Part shown: piece by piece, positions 35,370 through 42,470 of the stretch
How positions within the stretch are numbered: the first letter of the stretch is position 1
How the letters are laid out: each line of letters starts with the position of its first letter
Assembly: GCA_035762385.1 (NCBI GenBank)
Contig: DASTPB010000099.1
Location: 1 to 42,470 of the forward strand
Direction of reading: 5' to 3'
DNA length: 42,470 nt
From: Nocardioides sp.
Lineage (GTDB): Bacteria > Actinomycetota > Actinomycetes > Propionibacteriales > Nocardioidaceae
Position numbers and translations under genes: made by a program
The notes under the pieces: generated by a model
Seen by the model: only the letters and a program-made list of their open reading frames with translations
Database searches by the model: none
Told to the model about the DNA's origin: nothing

Positions 35370-37009
35370 GTCGCCGCCAGGTAGCGGTGGACCAGGTAGA
35401 CCGACATCGCGCCCTCGCCGACGGCCGAGGCGACCCGCTTCATCGAGTCCCGGCGCACGTCGCCCGCAGCGAAGACCCCGGGCACGCTGGTCTCGAGGGC
35501 GAACGGGCTGCGCTGAAGAGGCCAGGCGAGCTCGGCCGGGAGGTCCGGCCCGGTGAGCACGAAGCCCCGCTCGTCGCGAGCCACCGCGTCCCCGAGCCAG
35601 TCGGTGCGCGGGGCGGCGCCGATGAAGATGTAGACGCCGCTGGTGTCGACGTCGTCGACGGTGCCGGCGCCCTTGTCGCAGAGCGTGACGCCCTCGAGGT
35701 GGCCGTCGCCGCGGGTGCCGACGATCTCGGTCTGCAGCCGCACCTCGACGTTGGGGGCGTCGAGGATCCGCCTGACGAGGTACTGCGACATCGACGCCTC
35801 GAGGGACGAGCCGCGCACGACCAGCACGACCTTCGTGGCGTACTTGGCGAAGTTGAGCACGGCCTGCCCGGCCGAGTTCGCCGCGCCGACGACGTACACG
35901 TCCTCACCGACCGTCTGGGTCGCCTCGCTCGCGCTGGCGCCGTAGTAGATCCCGCGGCCGACGAAGTCGTCGAGCCCGGGGGCGTCGAGGCGGCGGTACG
36001 ACACCCCGCTGGCCACCAGGACCGCGCGCGCCTCGATGTCGCTCGAGCCCTCGAGCAGCACCGCGCGCACGGGGCCGCGGGTCTCGAAGCCGACGACGTC
36101 GCGCGCCAGCACCATCTCCGCGCCGAACCGCGACGCCTGCGCGACCGCGCGGTGGGTCAGGTCGGCGCCGGAGAGGCCGTTGGGGAAGCCGAGGTAGTTC
36201 TCGATCGACGCGCTCTGCCCGGCCTGGCCACCCGGTGCGTCGCGCTCCACGACGACGACCTGCAGCCCCTCGGACGCGGCGTAGACCGCGGCCGCCAGAC
36301 CGGCGGGTCCGGCGCCGACGACGCAGAGGTCGTAGAGCGGCCGGGTCGCCCGGGTGCTGAGGCCGAGTGCCGTGGCGAGCTCTGTGGGGGTCGGCGAGCG
36401 CAGGACGGACCCGTCCGGCAGTGCCACGACCGGGAGCTCGCCGTCCCCGGCGAGCTCGAGCAGCCGCGTCGCCTCGTCGGTCTGGTCGACCTCGAGCCAG
36501 CGGTAGGGCACGTGGTTGTGGGTGAGGAACGTCCGGACCTCGTGGGTCCGCTCGGACCAGCGGTGGCCGACGACGCGCACCTCGGAGTCGCGGTCGGGGT
36601 GGCCGTGGGCCCAGTCCCGCAGCAGCTCGTCGAGCACCGGGTAGAGCCGGTCCTCGGGAGGATCCCACGGCTTCATCAGGTAGTAGTCGAGGGCGATGTC
36701 GTTGATCGCCTGGATCGCGACGTCGGTGTCGGCGTACGCCGTCAGGAGGCAGAGCTTGGTGTCGGGTGACTGCTCACGCACCTGCCGCAGCACCTCGATG
36801 CCGCTCATCCCGGGCATCCGCTGGTCGCTCACCACAGCGGCGACCGGACGGTCCTTGAGCACATGGTCGGCGAGGATCTCCAGCGCCTCGACACCGGAGG
36901 TGGCGCGCAGCACCCGGTAGCTCTCGCCGTAGCGCTGGCGGAGGTCGCGCACGACGGCCGCGACCACCGCCGCATCGTCGTCGACCGCGAGGATGGCGGG
37001 CTTCGCCAT
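35366..37009 (-). CDS. Receiver domain fused to a thioredoxin-reductase-like FAD oxidoreductase
   Basis: ILAVDDD, SDQRMP, KPW; then GAGPAG, IENYLGFP, GAANSAGQ, FAAGDVR..KRVASAVGEG. Confidence 0.92.
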   Translation of the reverse strand: MAKPAILAVDDDAAVVAAVVRDLRQRYGESYRVLRATSGVEALEILADHVLKDRPVAAVVSDQRMPGMSGIEVLRQVREQSPDTKLCLLTAYADTDVAIQAINDIALDYYLMKPWDPPEDRLYPVLDELLRDWAHGHPDRDSEVRVVGHRWSERTHEVRTFLTHNHVPYRWLEVDQTDEATRLLELAGDGELPVVALPDGSVLRSPTPTELATALGLSTRATRPLYDLCVVGAGPAGLAAAVYAASEGLQVVVVERDAPGGQAGQSASIENYLGFPNGLSGADLTHRAVAQASRFGAEMVLARDVVGFETRGPVRAVLLEGSSDIEARAVLVASGVSYRRLDAPGLDDFVGRGIYYGASASEATQTVGEDVYVVGAANSAGQAVLNFAKYATKVVLVVRGSSLEASMSQYLVRRILDAPNVEVRLQTEIVGTRGDGHLEGVTLCDKGAGTVDDVDTSGVYIFIGAAPRTDWLGDAVARDERGFVLTGPDLPAELAWPLQRSPFALETSVPGVFAAGDVRRDSMKRVASAVGEGAMSVYLVHRYLAAT

Positions 37010-37096
37010 CGGCACCTCCCCGTCCGAGTCCCCCGACCGTACAACCGCGGTGCGCGGCCGGACAGGTGGTCGAGACCAGGCGGGGACCGCGACCGG

Positions 37097-37288
37097 TCAG
37101 CTGTAGGCGTGCGAGAGGTGGACGAGCCTCCAGACGCGGGAGTGCCGGCTGGCGGACGCGGTCGTGGGGCTGCTGGTGCTGCGCTGCTGGGACTGCTTCG
37201 CCTCGCGGGCGAGCCGTCCACGCTCGGCTTCGCGCATGCGGTCGCTCATGATCATCCGGCAGATCATCTCGGCTTCGTAGGGGGACAT
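37097..37288 (-). CDS. Small hypothetical protein (63 aa)
   Basis: RBS AAGGAG before ATG; MSPYEAEMICRMIMSDRMREAERGRLAR...; has its own predicted promoter. Confidence 0.65.
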   Translation of the reverse strand: MSPYEAEMICRMIMSDRMREAERGRLAREAKQSQQRSTSSPTTASASRHSRVWRLVHLSHAYS

Positions 37289-37322
37289 CTCGGGCTCCTT
37301 CGGTGGGATCGGTGTTGACTCG

Positions 37323-37365
37323 ATCCTGAGCCGCTTCGAAGGAGACTTCTGTTCGGCCGGAGACA
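37323..37365 (-). promoter_or_regulatory. Crp-like site with class II geometry plus -10
   Basis: TGT-N10-ACA at 37350-37365; CAGGAT (37328-37323) puts the site centre at -41.5. Confidence 0.55.
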
Positions 37366-37370
37366 CTGCG

Positions 37371-38030
37371 TCAGATCTCTTCAGCGCTGCGTCGGCGCAG
37401 CTCCGCCAGGTCCAGGACCTCGATCCGCGATCGGCTGAGCCGGACCACGCTGCTGTCCGCGAGCCGCTGGAGCACCTGGTTGACCGGCGGCCGCGTCGCG
37501 CCCACCAGGTCTGCGAGCTGGGCCTGGCTCAGCGGGATGACGACGCCACGGTCGCTCCCACCGTAGGCCTCGGCCAGGTCGAGGAGGCGGCGGTGGACCC
37601 GGCGGTCCAGGCTCTCGAACATGGTCTCGAGCAGTCGCCGGCTGAGGCGGTCGATCCGGTCGGCCAGGAGCGTGGACACGACCCGTTCGATGGCCGGGTT
37701 GCGCTCGCAGAGCCGGTCGAACGCCGACACCGCGACCGCCACGGTCTGGCTGTCCTCCAACGCCGTCACCGTCGCCGTGCGGCGTCGGTCGGTGCGCAGC
37801 AGCGCGAGCTCGCCGAAGTAGTCCCCGGGTGAGAGGACCGTGAAGGTGGCCGTGGCGCCCGACGCCAACGTGCCGGACACGGCCAGGTGTCCGCGCTCGA
37901 CCAGGTGCAACGAGTCCGCCGGGTCGCCCTCGTGGCACAGCACCTCGTTGCGCGCGAACGTGCGGCGGTGGGCGAGGGCGAGGAACGCCTCCCGCTCCTC
38001 GGCTCGCAGCGGTTCGAGCAGCGGCCACAC
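37371..38030 (-). CDS. Crp/Fnr family transcriptional regulator
   Basis: HEGDPADSLH, PGDYFGELA..RRTATV, LSQAQLADLVGATRPPVNQVL. Alternative start at 38072. Confidence 0.9.
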   Translation of the reverse strand: MWPLLEPLRAEEREAFLALAHRRTFARNEVLCHEGDPADSLHLVERGHLAVSGTLASGATATFTVLSPGDYFGELALLRTDRRRTATVTALEDSQTVAVAVSAFDRLCERNPAIERVVSTLLADRIDRLSRRLLETMFESLDRRVHRRLLDLAEAYGGSDRGVVIPLSQAQLADLVGATRPPVNQVLQRLADSSVVRLSRSRIEVLDLAELRRRSAEEI

Positions 38031-38034
38031 GGCG

Positions 38035-38745
38035 TCAGTGGAGCGCCGGCCTGGCGACGGGGCGGTCGGCACGTTCGCGGGTGACCTCGGCCCACGGGCT
38101 CCATCGGAACCAGGTGGGCAGGGCGCTCGTCAGGCGGGGTGGTCCGGTGACCTCGATCCGTCCGGCGTCGACTGCCTCGGACCAGCGCTGGTAGCCCTGG
38201 AAGACGTCGGCGAAGGCCGCTGTGTCGGCCGAGGCGAGGACGTCGGTCTCGAAGCCGGGATGCTGGAGACACACGGACGCCTGGCCGTGGTCGAGGACCA
38301 TCCAGATCGTCTGCGGATCAGGGGCGGTGTGGCGGAACTCGATGACGGTGCGCTGCGGCGGGAAACGGGACGCGTCGATCCGGCGGTGCATCCACCACAT
38401 CAACGTGGTGGGAGGCACGTCGTGTGGACGGAAGTCGTCGAAGAGCCACTCCACCGCCCAGCGCCCCAGGCTGTCGATGACACGCTCGAGGTCACGTCCG
38501 GCGGGTGTGAGGTGGTACTCGCTCCCCCGGCCGGTCGCGGCCGGCCATGTCTCGACGACACCCGTCTTCTCGAGGTGCCGCAACCGCTGCACGAGCAGCG
38601 AGCGGGAGATCCCGGGCATCCCCCTGGCGATGTCGTTGAACCGGGTGTTGCCCAGCACCAGCTCGCGGATGATGAGCGGGTTCCACCGGTCGGCGATGAC
38701 CTCGCTGGCCATCGCCACGGGGCAGTAGCTGCCGTAGTCGGGCAT
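38035..38745 (-). CDS. HxlR-family winged-helix regulator with C-terminal SCP2-like domain
   Basis: YGSYCPVAMA, DRWNPLIIREL, RFNDIARGMPGISRSLLVQRL, YHLTPAG. Confidence 0.9.
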   Translation of the reverse strand: MPDYGSYCPVAMASEVIADRWNPLIIRELVLGNTRFNDIARGMPGISRSLLVQRLRHLEKTGVVETWPAATGRGSEYHLTPAGRDLERVIDSLGRWAVEWLFDDFRPHDVPPTTLMWWMHRRIDASRFPPQRTVIEFRHTAPDPQTIWMVLDHGQASVCLQHPGFETDVLASADTAAFADVFQGYQRWSEAVDAGRIEVTGPPRLTSALPTWFRWSPWAEVTRERADRPVARPALH

Positions 38746-38851
38746 GACTCATCGTGGCAGGGCCCACGTGCCGGCGGTAGTCCAGAATCAGGACCAGTGG
38801 GGTCACGATCGTGCACTGGATGCGACTCCCGGCCGCGCGGATGCTCGACAC

Positions 38852-40036
38852 ATGACCACCACTACTCAGCTCCGCACCGGGAGCGACCAGTCCAGCCACC
38901 CGTCCAACCCGCAGTCCCCCATCGGATCGCTCGTCGAGCGCGCGCGGGCCCTGGGACCACGACTCGCCGATCATGCTGCCCGCCACGACCTCGACGGCAC
39001 GTTCGTCGGCGAGGGCTACCAGGCCCTCCGTGACGCCGGCCTGCTCACGGCCGCCGTCCCCGCCGAGCTCGGCGGTGAGGGCGCCACCATCGCCGAGCTC
39101 ACCGCCCTCCAGCGAGAGCTCGCACACCACTGCGGCGCGACGGCGCTCGCGAGCTCGATGCACCAGCACGTCGTTGCTTTCACGGCCTGGCGCTACCGCC
39201 GCGGCATGCCGGGCGCCGAGGCGACCCTGCGCAAGGTCGTCGAGGACGGGCTGCTCCTCGTCTCGACAGGTGGGGGCGACTTCACCCATCCCCGCGGCGA
39301 GGCAGTCCGGGTCGAGGGTGGTTACCGCGTCTCGGGCCGCAAGCGGTTCGCCAGCCAGTCGCGCCACGGATCTGTCATGTCGACGATGTTCGTCCTCGAC
39401 GATCCCGAGCAGGGGCGGCGGGTCCTCAACGTGGCCGTGCCGCTCTCGGCGCCGGGCGTGACGGTGATCGACACGTGGGACACCCTCGGCATGCGGGGCA
39501 CCGCGAGCAACGACATCCTCCTCGCGGACGTGTTCGTCCCGGACCACAAGGTGCTCGCCAACCGACCGTACGGCGTGGTCGACCCGCCGCTGCAGGTCAT
39601 CGCGAGCGTGGCCTTCCCGATCATCTCCGGTGTCTACCTGGGTGTCGCCGAGGCCGCCTACGCCGAAGCACTGACGTACGCCGCTGCCCGGGCCGATGAC
39701 CCACTGACGCAACGCGCCGTCGGGGTCATGCGACACAAGCTGCAGGTCGCGGAGTGGGCACTGGACGGAGCGCTCGCTGTGGTCGGCGACGACCCGACGC
39801 CATCGCACGAGCGGTTCCTCACTGTGATGACCGCGAAGGCCGAGATCGCCCAGGCGGGCATCGCGGTCGTCGACCTGGCCATGGACGTGGCGGGCGGTCC
39901 TGCCTTCTTCAAGGGATCGGTGATCGAGCGCGCCTACCGGGACGTCCGCGCCTCCAAGTTCCACCCGCTCACGCCAGAGGCCACGCTTGTCGAGTCGGGA
40001 CGGCAGGCGCTCGGTACGTCTGGCCTGCTCCAGTGA
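38852..40036 (+). CDS. Acyl-CoA dehydrogenase family protein, probably the oxygenase of a two-component flavin monooxygenase
   Basis: VPAELGGEG, ALASSMH, SGRKRFAS, WDTLGMRGTASND, IERAYRDVRA..FHP. Confidence 0.82.
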   Translation: MTTTTQLRTGSDQSSHPSNPQSPIGSLVERARALGPRLADHAARHDLDGTFVGEGYQALRDAGLLTAAVPAELGGEGATIAELTALQRELAHHCGATALASSMHQHVVAFTAWRYRRGMPGAEATLRKVVEDGLLLVSTGGGDFTHPRGEAVRVEGGYRVSGRKRFASQSRHGSVMSTMFVLDDPEQGRRVLNVAVPLSAPGVTVIDTWDTLGMRGTASNDILLADVFVPDHKVLANRPYGVVDPPLQVIASVAFPIISGVYLGVAEAAYAEALTYAAARADDPLTQRAVGVMRHKLQVAEWALDGALAVVGDDPTPSHERFLTVMTAKAEIAQAGIAVVDLAMDVAGGPAFFKGSVIERAYRDVRASKFHPLTPEATLVESGRQALGTSGLLQ

Positions 40037-40038
40037 GG

Positions 40039-40569
40039 ATGGGACACCTGATGGGAGGCACGCCGACTCCGGAGCCGTCCCACCTGCGACGCTGCCTGTC
40101 GCGCTTCGCCACCGGCGTGGCGGTCGTGAGCTACCGGGCCGAGGGAGAGACATGCGGGTTGACCGTGAACTCGTTCACCTCGGTCTCCCTCGATCCGCCG
40201 CTGGTGCTGGTGTCCGTGGCTCGCTCGGCGCGCGCTGCCGCTCACCTGGGGCGCGTGCCGTTCACGGTCAACGTCCTCAGTGCCGCCCAGCTCGATGTCG
40301 CTCTGCACTTCGCCGGCTGGTCGCGCTCTCCTGCGACGGTCGGCTGGCAGTCCACCAGCGACGACCTGGCACCGACCCTCGGGGGTGCGCTCGCGACGTT
40401 CCGCTGCCAGGCGTGGCACTCCTACGACGGGGGCGACCACAGACTGCACCTGGGACGCGTGGTGGAGGTCTCCGCTCAAGCCGGCGGCGAGCCGCTCGTG
40501 TTCGACCGGGGCACGTTCTGGGACGGCACGGGTGTCTCGATCTCCTCTGGTGCTGCGCATGCCGCCTGA
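40039..40569 (+). CDS. Flavin reductase (HpaC/DIM6-NTAB family)
   Basis: RFATGVAVV, TVNSFTSVSLDPPLVLV, GGDH, PLVF. Alternative start at 40051. Confidence 0.9.
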   Translation: MGHLMGGTPTPEPSHLRRCLSRFATGVAVVSYRAEGETCGLTVNSFTSVSLDPPLVLVSVARSARAAAHLGRVPFTVNVLSAAQLDVALHFAGWSRSPATVGWQSTSDDLAPTLGGALATFRCQAWHSYDGGDHRLHLGRVVEVSAQAGGEPLVFDRGTFWDGTGVSISSGAAHAA

Positions 40570-40665
40570 CGGGGTGGATCTGGCGGACGATCGATATGGG
40601 CATGACGGGCTCGGGACGCATGCGTTCCTCCGTGCCTGGCACGTCGTCGGTGAGCCCAGCAGGAC

Positions 40666-41169
40666 CTACAGCACCTTGGTGCCGTACATCTCCCCCAGCG
40701 GATCCGCGATGAGCTCGAGCCGCGCACCGTTGGGGTCGCGGAAGTAGATCGACGTGCCGCTCTCCTCGAGGTACTCGACGCCGGCCCGGTCGAGGTTTCC
40801 CTTCAACCGCTCCCACGCCGCGGGCTCGACCGAGATGGCGATGTGGTGCAGCCCGCCCAGCACCTCGGCGTACGGACCGACGTCGAGGCCAGGGAAGTCG
40901 AAGAATGCCAGCAGGTTGCCGTGGCCGATGTCGAAGAAGAAGTGGTTCGAGCCCTCGTAGTCGCGGTTCTCGAAGATCTCGGTCAGTGAGAACTCCAGCA
41001 AGCCCTGGTAGAACCTGATGGTCTCCTCCAGGTCGCGGGCGACCACGGCGACGTGGTGCAGACCCCGGGCGGACGACGACGGGCGGCGATCGGCTGGCTG
41101 CAGGGAGGTGTTGCGAATGCGCTCCCGCTCAGCGTCGATGCTGGCCCGGTCGATCTCGGTCATGGTCAT
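40666..41169 (-). CDS. VOC/glyoxalase family protein
   Basis: GLHHVAV, HFFFD, LHHIAI, SIYFRDPNGARLE. Confidence 0.9.
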   Translation of the reverse strand: MTMTEIDRASIDAERERIRNTSLQPADRRPSSSARGLHHVAVVARDLEETIRFYQGLLEFSLTEIFENRDYEGSNHFFFDIGHGNLLAFFDFPGLDVGPYAEVLGGLHHIAISVEPAAWERLKGNLDRAGVEYLEESGTSIYFRDPNGARLELIADPLGEMYGTKVL

Positions 41170-41170
41170 G

Positions 41171-41986
41171 TCAGATCCTGAAGAACATGTTCAAGAACCG
41201 GTCGGCGACCGCCCGGTCGCCCCTGATCGTGCCGGCATTGCTGCGTCCGAAGGCCGTCAGCACGAAGCTCCCCGGGTCGAACTCGAGGACGGTCAGGTCA
41301 CCGGTGTCGCCGGCTTCGTAGGCGAACCCCTCCTCGGTGAGCGAGATCCGGGTCTCACCTGCGCTGTGGCCGGACGTGATCCGGATGCCGATCTCGCACG
41401 CGTCATCGCGTCCGACGGGGTTGGTGGTGTACTGCCACAGCACGAACATGAACGGCGTCAGCAGGTCGGCCGCCTCGCCGGAGAGGCCATGTGCCCGGCC
41501 AGTCCCCTGACGGACGTCCCACGAGTGCACGCCGTAGTCCATGAGCTGGAAGGCGGGGTAGAAGAACGACGGCAACGGACCCATGTAGAAGTGCGGGACC
41601 ATCAGCTTGGTCCAGTCGTCGTCGCTCAGCCCGTCGAAGATCTCCATCATCTTGGAGTAGTCGGCGCGAAGCCGTTCGACCAGCGCCTCGCGCGGCTCGG
41701 ACCGGAGCGCTTGCGCACGCCCGTCGACGCGCTCCGCCATTCCCGGCAGACCGTGCGCCGGGTCGACCTCGGTGCCGCTGCGGGCGGCGTCGAACGCCAC
41801 GAAGTAGGCCTCGGTGGTGTCCACGAGGTGGCCGACGACGTCGCGCACCTGCCAATGGCCGGCACCGGTCGGCGCCTCCCACACCTCGTCACTGTCGACC
41901 AGGTCGAGGAACTGCTCTGCTTCCTGCCGGACGACCCTGAGGATCGTGTCCTTGCCTGCCGGGCTCATGGCGTTCCAGCTGCCCAT
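41171..41986 (-). CDS. Mycothiol-dependent maleylpyruvate isomerase (MDMPI/DinB) family protein
   Basis: WQVRDVVGHL and VHSWDV metal motifs; C-terminal SCP2-like region. Confidence 0.82.
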   Translation of the reverse strand: MGSWNAMSPAGKDTILRVVRQEAEQFLDLVDSDEVWEAPTGAGHWQVRDVVGHLVDTTEAYFVAFDAARSGTEVDPAHGLPGMAERVDGRAQALRSEPREALVERLRADYSKMMEIFDGLSDDDWTKLMVPHFYMGPLPSFFYPAFQLMDYGVHSWDVRQGTGRAHGLSGEAADLLTPFMFVLWQYTTNPVGRDDACEIGIRITSGHSAGETRISLTEEGFAYEAGDTGDLTVLEFDPGSFVLTAFGRSNAGTIRGDRAVADRFLNMFFRI

Positions 41987-42079
41987 GGCCTCTCTCCCTC
42001 GGTCAGGAGTCTGTGGGGCCGGACCCCATTCCGGCGCAGGCTACGACCGGCTGCGGACGTGCCGACCCAGGTCGAGTCA

Positions 42080-42097
42080 TAGTTGCGGATTCAACTA
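42080..42097. promoter_or_regulatory. Palindromic operator (MarR-like)
   Basis: TAGTTG-cggatt-CAACTA, AT-rich, about 95 nt upstream of the MDMPI start. Confidence 0.55.
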
Positions 42098-42101
42098 CAG
42101 C

Positions 42102-42470
42102 CTACACCGACAGCGGCTCGCCGTCGCAGCGCTCCAGACACGCCAGCTCGGCCACGCCGACCCGACGCAGCCTCGACACCTGCTTGACCGGCTTACCCAT
42201 CGGCATGACCGCCGCGACCGCGACCGGTTCCGGTATGCCGAGCAGCTGCTTGAGGGCCGGCCCTCGGCGACAGCCATGGTCGTGATGGTGCCCCCGAACC
42301 CCTCATTGCGCGCCGCGAGCAGGATGTTCCACACCAACGGATAGACCGATGCCCCACCCACGATGCCCACCCGGTCGAGGTCCTTGTCCAACGCGGCAAC
42401 CGCACGCAGGTCGACACACACCACGAGGAGGGCAGCGGCCGACAGTCGAGAGCACTGCTGGCGCGGCTCG
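42102..42470 (-). pseudogene. Nitroreductase family protein, 3' part, frameshifted
   Basis: GASVYPLVWNILLAARNEGFGGTITT, then after a one-base shift near 42261 ALKQLLGIPEPVAVAAVMPMGKP...stop. Confidence 0.72.

Overview
High-GC actinobacterial DNA (gene content and codon style suggest Nocardioides or a relative), densely coding, with about 40 CDS and no rRNA, tRNA, CRISPR array or mobile element that I can support. Modules from left to right: cytochrome P450, DUF3054 and a CynX-like MFS transporter; a flavinylation operon (ferric-reductase-like protein, FMN-binding protein, ApbE); pseudouridine catabolism; a secreted cyanophycinase with RpiR regulator, amino-acid ABC transporter and M20 peptidase; phosphoketolase with DUF1269; an ~11 kb copper-protein locus (18.5-29.6 kb); GAF-ANTAR and PP2C signalling genes; a cNMP-domain kinase with a receiver-thioredoxin-reductase fusion; a Crp regulator with a 63-aa small protein; HxlR with an acyl-CoA-dehydrogenase-like protein and flavin reductase; VOC, MDMPI and nitroreductase. 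The best candidate for an undescribed system is the copper locus. It holds a secreted 742-aa PKD/Ig protein, a Tat multicopper oxidase, an operonic signal peptidase I, CopD-CtaG, CopC, a SARP activator and a two-component system. Four of its promoters share a CCAAG-N6-CCAAG direct repeat placed exactly 10 nt before a -10-like hexamer. All calls come from reading motifs by eye; no database search was run.
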